Of a DNA stretch of 64,000 nt, positions 55,695 to 64,000 are shown one piece after another. Within the stretch, counting starts at the first letter, position 1. The number at the start of each line of letters is the position of its first letter. The translations under genes and the position numbers were made by a program. The stretch is from Spirochaetia bacterium (GTDB lineage: Bacteria; Spirochaetota; Spirochaetia; WTKD01; G963693115): contig CBDCGX010000032.1 of assembly GCA_965216965.1 (NCBI GenBank), positions 16,083-80,082 of the forward strand. Direction: 5' to 3'. The notes below the pieces were generated by a model. The model did no database searches, was not told the DNA's origin, and saw nothing but the letters and a program-made list of their open reading frames with translations.

Positions 55695-57545
55695 TTATTT
55701 TCTTCCAATTTTTTCGTCAATCATGTCTTTGTTGATTTCTACCCACAATGGTCTGCCATGAGGGCAACGAGGCGTATTAAGATCAAGAGCATATTCAAGT
55801 AGCATAAAAGCATCATTATTATCTATATGATCTCCTGCTTTTATTGCCATCTTACATGCCTTAGATGCAAATGCAGTTATGCTTATACCAAAAGGATTGC
55901 TTTCATCTTCTATGATTTTTGCAATAGTATCGGCATTTATTGATAATGAATCTGGCACTGCAAAAAGGGTGTAATCAGTTTTTGTTGTTTTTTTTATGAT
56001 AATACCCATTTTTTCGTAGGATTTTACTAATAGATTCATATCAGTTTCGCTGTATGAAAGAGTGAGAGGTATGGGGATGAGTAATGTTTGGGGAGAATGT
56101 GTGGTTTTTAATGTGTCAAATATTTTTTTTTCGTGTGTAGCATGAAAATCTAAGAGGAAAAGAGTCATTCCTTTTTCAAACATTGCATATGTTCCAAAGA
56201 GACATCCTAAAAAAGCAAACTCTTTTGATCTTTTTTGATAGAAAGAGGGTTTGTTTTTGAGGTGGAAATCTATAGGAGCCTTGTTGTCCTTTATGTGTTT
56301 AAAAAATGAAGACGGAGTGACTTTGTTATCATAGTGTGATTCTAGAGAGTGTGCTGAGGATTTTGAAGGGGTATGTGTTGGATATGAATATTCTTTATGA
56401 GAAAGAGATATCTTATGTTTTTGTGGGATGGTGGAGTTTGTTGTAAAAGAATTGTGTGTTTCTGAATGGATAGAATCCTCATGTGTTTTTTTTTCTAATA
56501 ATAAAGAAGATGTTGGAATAGTAAGCGTAGGGTTTTTTTTTGCAAAAGATGCAATAAGTGATTCTATAGTGGATATAACAAAAGATCGTACTTTTGTTAT
56601 ATCCTTTATACGCACCTCTTGCTTTGCGGGATGAATATTTACATCTACATCTTCTGGTGGAATATTTAGAAAAAGTACTACTTGAGGGAAGAGACTAGTG
56701 TGTATGACATTTCTATATGCGTATTCAATTGCTTGGAGGATTTTATATTCCTTTATGTTTCTTTTATTTATAAAGATGTGAATATGTTTTCTATTTCTCA
56801 TTACTACGTTAGGTGTTCCTGCTGCACATGATATTGTTATATTGCTAAATGAGTCACGTATAGTATCTTGCCATACAAAGTCTCGTATATTTTTTGTATG
56901 GGTTATTCGTACCGCTCTATTTAATTGATCTTCTACGGGAAATGAGAGGAGCGTTTTTGAGTCTTCTTTAAGAGTAAATGCTATGTGCGGAAATGTTGCT
57001 GCTTTTATGGCTAAGAGTGTTTGTATTCTTTTTTTTTCTGTGCTAGGTGGTGCTAGAAACCTTTTTCTTGCGGGAACTGTATAAAAGAGCTTTTCAATTG
57101 TGACGGAGGTTCCCTTGTTTCGAGAACCAAGTTTCACGGGCGATATTTTCCCGTCTTCTATTATAATATAATGAGCCGCTTCTGTATCGGCATCATGGCT
57201 TGTTATAGTTGTTCTACTTACAGAGCTAATGCTTGCAAGTGCTTCGCCTCTAAATCCCATACTAGTAATATGTTGCAAGTCCGAAACTGAAGATATTTTT
57301 GACGTTGCGTGTGTTTTACAACAAAGGGCGAGATCGTCTTTTGACATTCCTTCGCCATTATCTGAGACATGTAATAGTTCTATGCCTCCTTTTTTAATTA
57401 CAACTTCTATACTGGTTGAATGAGCATCAATGCTATTATCTAAGAGCTCTCGTAATATGGATGAAGGGGAATCAACAACTTCTCCTGCTGCGATTTGCTG
57501 TGCTGTATGAGCATCAAGTACTCGTATTCTTGTGTTTTTTACCAT
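55695..57545 (-). CDS. mutL: DNA mismatch repair protein MutL
   Basis: N-terminal GHKL ATPase motifs IAAGEVV..P.S.LRELLDNSIDA, DNGEGM, GFRGEAL. C-terminal dimerisation domain ..CPHGRP.. Confidence 0.94.
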   Translation of the reverse strand: MVKNTRIRVLDAHTAQQIAAGEVVDSPSSILRELLDNSIDAHSTSIEVVIKKGGIELLHVSDNGEGMSKDDLALCCKTHATSKISSVSDLQHITSMGFRGEALASISSVSRTTITSHDADTEAAHYIIIEDGKISPVKLGSRNKGTSVTIEKLFYTVPARKRFLAPPSTEKKRIQTLLAIKAATFPHIAFTLKEDSKTLLSFPVEDQLNRAVRITHTKNIRDFVWQDTIRDSFSNITISCAAGTPNVVMRNRKHIHIFINKRNIKEYKILQAIEYAYRNVIHTSLFPQVVLFLNIPPEDVDVNIHPAKQEVRIKDITKVRSFVISTIESLIASFAKKNPTLTIPTSSLLLEKKTHEDSIHSETHNSFTTNSTIPQKHKISLSHKEYSYPTHTPSKSSAHSLESHYDNKVTPSSFFKHIKDNKAPIDFHLKNKPSFYQKRSKEFAFLGCLFGTYAMFEKGMTLFLLDFHATHEKKIFDTLKTTHSPQTLLIPIPLTLSYSETDMNLLVKSYEKMGIIIKKTTKTDYTLFAVPDSLSINADTIAKIIEDESNPFGISITAFASKACKMAIKAGDHIDNNDAFMLLEYALDLNTPRCPHGRPLWVEINKDMIDEKIGRK

Positions 57546-57590
57546 AATATATTTTCTTTATGCTTCTTTTATAATATCATATTTTAATTC

Positions 57591-58859
57591 TTATAGAAGT
57601 TTTAAGATGCCCATAAGGTATCTTTTGATAGTAACGGAAGAGTGGATCATATGTGTTCCATGTGGTGCGAAGATTCTTATTTTTCTTAATTGCTGAACTA
57701 ATAAAGATATAGTGTGAGTGTCTAAGAATAGTGATTTGTTTTTCTCTAAGGAATGTATGTTGGGGGGAAGTTCAAACCATATGGGCTCGGGAAAATCAAT
57801 AATGATGTGATTGTTGTCTAGTTTTTTCATAAGAAGAGTTTCTGCCTTACTACGGATATCAAGGTTTTCTAGCTTTTTTATAAAGATATCGGCTATGTTT
57901 GTTACTGCATACTCTGCTATAAGAGTATATATATTACCATGTGCTACAGAAGACGCAAGTTCTAGACGTTTACATCCATGTGAACGCGATAAACAAAATG
58001 AAGTAAATTCTTCATCAGTGAGGTAAAGCAACTCCTTGGGTTTTATGACAGATTCTTTTATTGCATGGAAGAGTGCATGTTTTATCATTGAGGTAGCGCT
58101 TCGTACTTTTTGGTGCCAATATACGCTTTTATACATTAAATATTTTGAAAACAGAAGATGCTCCATAGGTATAGGTGAAGTACATATTATAGAAAGCGCA
58201 TTGGAAAGTTTGAGATGATGTACTATAAAATCGACGTCCTGTATGCCATATGGCACTCCACAAAAAAGAGCATCTCTACAAAGATAATCCAGTTTATCAG
58301 GATCTAAAGCTCCCGAAAGGATATTTCTGAAGATTGTAAGTTGTGTCTTTTCTAGTTTACTTTTAGGTATATAGTATTTCTTATAGTTGTGAGCAATAAT
58401 TGCTGCTACAAGGTGAGGAATGCCACCAGATTTTGTGATTGCTTTTGATAATTGTGAAATAATGAGGTCTGCGCTTATATCTTCATGTTCTGGAAGTGGG
58501 AGCTCTTTAAGACTATGGGTATAGGGAAAGTGTCCAATATCGTGGAGAAGTGCGGCTAGAATAAAAGATCTTACAGATGAAATTGAAAACTTTGGACAGT
58601 TTTTTTGTATGATAAGAGAAGATAATATTTTTCTTGCAATATGCATTACTCCAACGCTATGTGAATAACGAGTATGAGTTGCTCCAGGATAGACAAGATA
58701 TGTTGGTCCTAGTTGTTTTATTGAAAAAAGTTTTTGCAATACAGGATGTGTGAATATATTAGTAAATAGGGGGTCGTAATGTATAGATGTCCACAACGGA
58801 TCTCGTATAACAGAAGTGTAAGATTGTGTAAGATAATTATGTATATAAGTATTGCTCAT
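57591..58859 (-). CDS. HD-domain phosphohydrolase (COG1078-type, dNTPase/SAMHD1-like)
   Basis: ..THTRYSHSVGV..AALLHDIGHFPYTH...DPDKLDYLCRD...GV.YG. Confidence 0.82.
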   Translation of the reverse strand: MSNTYIHNYLTQSYTSVIRDPLWTSIHYDPLFTNIFTHPVLQKLFSIKQLGPTYLVYPGATHTRYSHSVGVMHIARKILSSLIIQKNCPKFSISSVRSFILAALLHDIGHFPYTHSLKELPLPEHEDISADLIISQLSKAITKSGGIPHLVAAIIAHNYKKYYIPKSKLEKTQLTIFRNILSGALDPDKLDYLCRDALFCGVPYGIQDVDFIVHHLKLSNALSIICTSPIPMEHLLFSKYLMYKSVYWHQKVRSATSMIKHALFHAIKESVIKPKELLYLTDEEFTSFCLSRSHGCKRLELASSVAHGNIYTLIAEYAVTNIADIFIKKLENLDIRSKAETLLMKKLDNNHIIIDFPEPIWFELPPNIHSLEKNKSLFLDTHTISLLVQQLRKIRIFAPHGTHMIHSSVTIKRYLMGILKLL

Positions 58860-58864
58860 TATAG

Positions 58865-59764
58865 ATGTTTTTAAGTATAGTGAAAAATGGGATGAAAATA
58901 TATTGGATATATATTGAGATATTGCTTATCGTGTTGTTGTTTGTAGCCTGCTACAGAGAAAAGCAGAATACAGAATATATTGTGCCTATTCCTAATTTAA
59001 GGGGATTGAGTACATCTCCTAGCGGTGATGCGAAAATAAAATTGCAAGAGGAATCATTGCCTCCTATAATTGAAGATGTTTTATCAGAAAGCACCTCTCA
59101 CCCTCTTTTGGATGATCTTTCTGAGAACAATGAAGGTGTCTCAAAAAAAAAATCTTTAGAAGCGTTTCCTAGTAGTTTTTCAGATATATTAAATTGGGGT
59201 GCAGTTCGGTTTTCGCAAAAGAATTCAACAATAAAGAATGTGCTAGCAGAAAACACAGGGGAATATAATATTCAAGCACTATCTCAGTCTGTACAAACAA
59301 AGAAGAATAGGGCATTTGATGTTGCGATTGGTGATTTGCAAGACCTGTATACACAAGATGGAGTTAATAAAAAGATACTAGAAACAATACAATCTTTCAT
59401 GCGTGATTTCCAATCAGGTGTAATTGATACAACACTACAAAAGTACGTTGTAGCCGATGTTGTAGAAATAATATCAAGAAAAATTGCTCGCAATAGAGAG
59501 TATGTTCGTTTTATTACAGAATATCGCATTGGAAAAATAGAACATGGAGATGAGAACGAGCGCTATGCAAAAATACGTATTTTTGCACAATCAAAGCAAT
59601 TTCTGTCTCAAATAGTTTTATTAATGTATTTTGAGAAAAAAGAAAATAGCGATGAGTGGAGCATAATTGCTATTGAAGGCGAGTTTAATGATTTATTAGA
59701 ACCTTATTTGTCACAAGGGATTTTCTTGCCAAGTGGAACATTGGGATTAACACAAAACTTTTAG
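58865..59764 (+). CDS. Lipoprotein, unknown function
   Basis: Lipobox LLFVAC after a hydrophobic stretch. The real start is probably the internal MKIYWIY (58892), since 58865 is only 5 bp from the divergent HD-gene start. Confidence 0.6.
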   Translation: MFLSIVKNGMKIYWIYIEILLIVLLFVACYREKQNTEYIVPIPNLRGLSTSPSGDAKIKLQEESLPPIIEDVLSESTSHPLLDDLSENNEGVSKKKSLEAFPSSFSDILNWGAVRFSQKNSTIKNVLAENTGEYNIQALSQSVQTKKNRAFDVAIGDLQDLYTQDGVNKKILETIQSFMRDFQSGVIDTTLQKYVVADVVEIISRKIARNREYVRFITEYRIGKIEHGDENERYAKIRIFAQSKQFLSQIVLLMYFEKKENSDEWSIIAIEGEFNDLLEPYLSQGIFLPSGTLGLTQNF

Positions 59765-59801
59765 CTGTGAAAATTATTTTAATATTGAGTACTATAAAAA
59801 T

Positions 59802-61067
59802 ATGAGTAAAAAAGCAATATTAGCATATTCTGGGGGACTTGATACCTCAATTATTATACCGTGGTTAAAAGATACTTATGAAGATATGGAAGTATATGGT
59901 GTTTGTGTAAATGTGGGACAGAAAGAAGATTGGAATGGCATTATAGAAAAGGGCAAGGCGTCTGGTGCAATAGATGTACGAGTATGTGATGTAAGAGAAG
60001 AATTTACAGAGGAATATCTTTTTCCTATGTTACGCTCTGGGGCTATTTATGAACAAAAATATCTTCTGGGGACTTCTATAGCTCGCCCTTTGCAAGCAAA
60101 ATGCCAAGTAGATTATGCAAGAGAAATAGGAGCTGATACATTGGTGCATGGATGTACAGGAAAAGGGAATGATCAAATACGCTTTGAACTTTCATATAAA
60201 GCATTAGCACCAGAATTGGATATTATTGCACCATGGAGGATATGGAACATATCTTCAAGAGAACAGGCAATTGATTATGCAAAAAAACATAACATTCCTC
60301 TCGGTGATATAGGAAAGAAAAATATATATTCAAGAGACGAAAATATATGGCACACAAGTCATGAGGGTGGTATTCTCGAAAACACATGGGACCGACCAGA
60401 GGAATCTATGTTTCAACGAACAAGCCCTTTGAGTGAAGTTCCTGATGTAGAAGAAGAAATTATTATAACAATTGAAAAAGCAAAGCCCATTGCACTTAAT
60501 GGAAAAACTATGAGTTTTTTAGAAATCCTAGAAACGCTTAATGATATAGCGGGAAAACATGGAATAGGAAGGGCAGATATTGTTGAAACACGTCTTGTAG
60601 GAATGAAAAGTCGTGGAGTATATGAGACTCCAGCAGGCACCGTTTTATATATTGCTATAAGAGAACTTGAGATGATGACCCTTGACCAAGATACTCTTAT
60701 GATGAAAAATCAGCTTTCTTTAAAATATGCACAAGAAATATATAATGGGAAATGGTTTAATAACTTTAGAAGAGTAATGGATGCTTATATGCAAGAAGCT
60801 GCACGTTGTATTACAGGTGAGGTACGGCTTGTATTATATAAAGGCTCTGCATATGTTGTAGGAAGACGTTCTCCATATTCATTGTATATTGAAGATATTG
60901 CATCGTTTGGGGAAAGTTCATATGAGCATAAAGATGCCACTGGTTTTATAAGTCTTTATGGATTAAATACGGGCGTACAAGCAATGGTTTACAATCAGGA
61001 TATAATCACAAAGGATACTTCTCAAACTAAATTGCTAAAAGAGATGGCGAGTTTTTCTGAGAAGTAG
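59802..61067 (+). CDS. argG: Argininosuccinate synthase
   Basis: AYSGGLDTS (ATP-PPase P-loop), ..HGCTGKGNDQIRFE.., ..SRDENIWH.SHEGG.. Confidence 0.95.
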   Translation: MSKKAILAYSGGLDTSIIIPWLKDTYEDMEVYGVCVNVGQKEDWNGIIEKGKASGAIDVRVCDVREEFTEEYLFPMLRSGAIYEQKYLLGTSIARPLQAKCQVDYAREIGADTLVHGCTGKGNDQIRFELSYKALAPELDIIAPWRIWNISSREQAIDYAKKHNIPLGDIGKKNIYSRDENIWHTSHEGGILENTWDRPEESMFQRTSPLSEVPDVEEEIIITIEKAKPIALNGKTMSFLEILETLNDIAGKHGIGRADIVETRLVGMKSRGVYETPAGTVLYIAIRELEMMTLDQDTLMMKNQLSLKYAQEIYNGKWFNNFRRVMDAYMQEAARCITGEVRLVLYKGSAYVVGRRSPYSLYIEDIASFGESSYEHKDATGFISLYGLNTGVQAMVYNQDIITKDTSQTKLLKEMASFSEK

Positions 61068-61072
61068 ATGTC

Positions 61073-62311
61073 TTATAAAGAATGAAGTGTTTTTTCTAAT
61101 ATTTTCATGCCATCCTTTATTGTGCGAAGAGGGCAGATAAGTGAAGGAGCAATTCGTAATGCACGATCTCCTGTTCTTAAAATAAGAAGTCCTTTTTTTC
61201 TTGCAAGAGATATAATGTGAGATATTGTTTTGTCAGAAGTGTTTTTTGTAAATTGTAGCCCCCGTAAGTGACCATGCCCAAGTGCTTTGAGGTTGTATTG
61301 TGTTGCAATTTTATTTATAGAATCACTCAGGAATACTTCTGAGTGACGCATTGCTTTTTGTATAGAAGGAATAAAGAGCTGAGTGAGAACAGCGAGTGCT
61401 GCTGCAGATACTACAGGATTTCCTCCCATGGTAGAACCATGATCTCCTGGTGCAAGATATTTTGTAATATGATGTTTTATGATAGTTGCTCCTATAGGGA
61501 GTCCTCCTCCAAGAGATTTTGCGAGAGTAATAATGTCAGGATGTAAAGGGGTGTTTTCTGAAAGGAATGGAAATCCACAACGATAAAGACCGCTTTGTAC
61601 TTCATCCGCAATAACAATGGCGTTATATTTATTTGCAATTTCTCTAATGGTTTTTGCAAACGATTGGGACATAATTGAAAGTCCACCTTCACCTTGTATG
61701 GGCTCTACTATAATTGCTGCAAGAGAATCTGAAACAGTTTTTTTAAGAGTGCTACTATTGTTAAACGGTAAAAGGATGCAATTGGGAATAAGTGGCTTGC
61801 AGTGGGTTTTATATTTTTCTTTTGCGGTTACAGAAAGTGAGCCCATTGTTCTTCCATGAAAAGCGGAGGTAAATGATATAAACTGAGTTTTTTCTTTTCC
61901 CTTATATTTTTTTTTAAGAATAATTCGTGAAAATTTAAGAGCTGCTTCATTTGCTTCTGTGCCACTATTGCTAAGATATGTAGATGTGAAGTCATTTGTT
62001 GCAAAAGAATTGTTTGCAATTTTACATAATGTATTACAAAGTTCTATAGTGGGTTTGCTAACAAAGTAGTTTGAGCAGTGAATAATTTCTTTTAATTGTT
62101 GAGTGATAGCTTTGGTTATACTATTGTGTCCGTGTCCTAAGGCATTTACTGCAATGCCAGAAGTGAAATCTATATATTTTTTTCCTTTAATATCATAGAT
62201 GTAATCCCCAGCTGCGTTTTTTACAACAAGGGATGGTTTGTAAACAGGAGCAAGAAAAGATTTATCTTGTGTTAGCATATATCTATTATAATTATAAACA
62301 ATCATCCTCAC
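61073..62311 (-). CDS. argD: Acetylornithine aminotransferase (class III PLP aminotransferase)
   Basis: ..YIDFTSGIAVNALGH...SNSGTEANEAALK..FHGRT...DEVQSGL.R.G......PDIITLAKSLGGGLPIG.. (PLP-Lys in LAKSLG). The GTG at 62311 overlaps the argB TGA; ATG 62278 is an alternative start. Confidence 0.9.
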   Translation of the reverse strand: MRMIVYNYNRYMLTQDKSFLAPVYKPSLVVKNAAGDYIYDIKGKKYIDFTSGIAVNALGHGHNSITKAITQQLKEIIHCSNYFVSKPTIELCNTLCKIANNSFATNDFTSTYLSNSGTEANEAALKFSRIILKKKYKGKEKTQFISFTSAFHGRTMGSLSVTAKEKYKTHCKPLIPNCILLPFNNSSTLKKTVSDSLAAIIVEPIQGEGGLSIMSQSFAKTIREIANKYNAIVIADEVQSGLYRCGFPFLSENTPLHPDIITLAKSLGGGLPIGATIIKHHITKYLAPGDHGSTMGGNPVVSAAALAVLTQLFIPSIQKAMRHSEVFLSDSINKIATQYNLKALGHGHLRGLQFTKNTSDKTISHIISLARKKGLLILRTGDRALRIAPSLICPLRTIKDGMKILEKTLHSL

Positions 62312-63134
62312 AATTGTATAACCGTTCCTTGCTTCTTTGTTATAAGAGCAAGAAGATCGCCGCGTTTTTTGGGGTTTCCAATTATTACAAGTGTTTTTTT
62401 ATTATACAAGGACAAAAGGGCATTGCGTGTCTTTGTAATCATTCCATCGCGTATAATACCTTCTTTTATATATTGTTGTATGTCTTTTTTACGCAAGCAA
62501 GGTGCAATGGAATTGTGTATTTTCACCCCTCTATATCAGAAATGAAAAGTGTTATATCGCTTTTCCACGATTGAGCAATATGTTGGGTTGCTTCGTCTGC
62601 ATTAATGTTAAGCGGCGTTCCATTTTTTGTCATTGATACGGGGTTTAGTATGGGAAGATGTCCTGATTCCAGAAGAATAGAGATAATACTTGTATTGCAT
62701 TCTGTAATGTGTCCTGTGTGATTTGTATTGGCATTGGTTCCTTTATATCCTTGTGGAAGGCGTATTTTTTTTCCAATAAGTAAGGATGAAGAAAGACCCG
62801 AAATTCCAACTGCATTAATTCCAAATGCAATACATTTTCGAGTGAGATTAGTGGTGATTTCTCCACAAAGTATGCGATCGACTGCGAGCATTTCTTTTTT
62901 AGACGTAATTCGTAATCCTTCTTTTGTAAAACAAGGACTGTGAATGGATAATTTTTTTGAGTATTCACTTATATTTTTTCCTCCTCCATGTAATATAACG
63001 CACCAATAGTGAGATTGTATTGCTTTGATGTCATGGAGTATTGATGTTATGGTCTTTGTGTTATTTAAAAAGGCACCGCCTAGTTTTATGAGAAGTTTTT
63101 TCTTTTTTATTGTTGTGTTGTTTTTATAGCCCAC
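62308..63134 (-). pseudogene. argB: Acetylglutamate kinase, interrupted by a frameshift in a G4 (plus-strand C4) run
   Basis: ORF 62523..63134 (..IKLGGAF...VILHGGG...LNINAD..A..IA.....LFISDIEG*) and ORF 62308..62526 ((V)KIHNS...IKEGIIRDGMITK..) are the N- and C-terminal parts of ArgB. One extra G in GAGGGGTGA would give ..SDIEGVKIHNS.. in frame. Confidence 0.8.
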
Positions 63135-64000
63135 AGTCTTCAGATAAATTATTTCGTATATTAAAATTTTGTATGGCTTGTCCTACAGCACCTTTCCATA
63201 AATTATCAAGTGCCGAAAAAAGGATGATACAATTATCTTCAATTTTATATCCAATAAGAACATTATTGGTGTGTTGTATTGTTTTTGTTTCTGGAAGGTT
63301 GTTTTTTTCAAGGATTTTTATCCATTTTTCGTCTATATATTGGGCACACAATGCTTGAGCAGCTCGGATGCCTTCTTGTTTTGACGAAAGGGGAATTGTT
63401 ATAATAGAAAGCATCCCTTGTGACATGGGCACTATTTGTGGAGAGAATACAAACGGAATGTCGTGTGTATGTGCAAGTGCTTCTATAAAATACGCAATTT
63501 CTTTTGTATGTTTATGGCTTGTTCCAGGACTATAGGGAAATATGCTTTGAGACCGTTCGCAAAAAAGCAAGTGGGGTTTTAGTGTTGCCCCTGCTCCTGA
63601 CACTCCCGATGAGGATACTATGCTTATAAGCCCTTCTATTTCACAATGCCGTAATATGGGAAGTATTGCAAGAAGTATAGAAGTAGCGTAACAGCCGGGG
63701 CAAGCTATAAGTGATGATTTTTTAATATCTTTTCGGTACCATTCGCTTAATCCATAGGTGGCTTGGGCGAGAAGATGTTTTGCGGGATGCACTTCGTTAT
63801 AATGAGTTTCATATACTTTGTCGTTATTATTGCACCTAAAATCAGATGAAAGATCTATGACAGTTAGTGTGTTATTATTTTCTTCTTGAGAGTTGTTTTT
63901 GGGAAGGAATTGCGATATATAGCGTGCAGATACTCCGTGGGGAAGAGCCGAGAAAAGAATATTTATTTCTTTGTTTTTTGCATATTCAATCAGATCATCA
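63124..64000 (-). CDS. argC: N-acetyl-gamma-glutamyl-phosphate reductase (5' end beyond the window)
   Basis: Active-site ..ACPGCYATS... I translated the frame upstream of the track ORF and it stays open to the window edge (..ILFSALPHGVSARYISQF..DLSSDFR..). Overlaps the argB start by 11 nt. Confidence 0.88.
   Translation of the reverse strand, partial: DDLIEYAKNKEINILFSALPHGVSARYISQFLPKNNSQEENNNTLTVIDLSSDFRCNNNDKVYETHYNEVHPAKHLLAQATYGLSEWYRKDIKKSSLIACPGCYATSILLAILPILRHCEIEGLISIVSSSGVSGAGATLKPHLLFCERSQSIFPYSPGTSHKHTKEIAYFIEALAHTHDIPFVFSPQIVPMSQGMLSIITIPLSSKQEGIRAAQALCAQYIDEKWIKILEKNNLPETKTIQHTNNVLIGYKIEDNCIILFSALDNLWKGAVGQAIQNFNIRNNLSEDCGL

Noticed and set aside
58860-58864. Only 5 bp between the divergent start codons of the HD-domain gene and the lipoprotein gene
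   Set aside because: This is most likely an artefact of taking the longest ORF. The lipoprotein probably starts at the internal Met (58892), just before its signal peptide.

Overview
AT-rich bacterial chromosome segment, about 65 genes, mostly housekeeping. The organism is probably a low-GC spirochaete. That is inference only, from an Hbb-like HU gene beside rpsT, lnt, an rpoN-hprK-ptsH-holA block, a FemAB-type gene and many lipobox proteins. The window opens with the 3' end of 23S rRNA and a 5S rRNA. Next comes a 118-bp tandem array built from the 3' tail of 5S, then a decayed restriction-endonuclease gene. Recognisable blocks, in order: an Fe(3+)-type ABC importer; sucrose phosphorylase; an unannotated bS22-like micro-ORF with cdaA-cdaR; acpS, truA, udg, priA; recJ; rpsU, missed by the ORF track and apparently starting at ATA; a steroid-5-alpha-reductase-like plus SDR pair; rpoN-hprK-ptsH-holA; a minimal hisZ-hisG-hisB operon; a secreted ankyrin protein; metG; a ZIP transporter; lon; lnt; the Hbb-like gene with rpsT; a narK plus nitrate reductase plus complete molybdenum-cofactor island; mutL; and argG with argD-argB-argC. 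I saw no CRISPR array, transposase, integrase, tRNA or recognisable defence or toxin system. The most unusual signals are the 5S-derived satellite, a G9 tract inside narK, two frameshifts at G/C runs (argB and a membrane protein), two genes lacking a canonical start codon, and perfect palindromes in divergent promoter regions. None is proven to be a new system. All functional calls come from reading motifs in the supplied translations, not from database searches.
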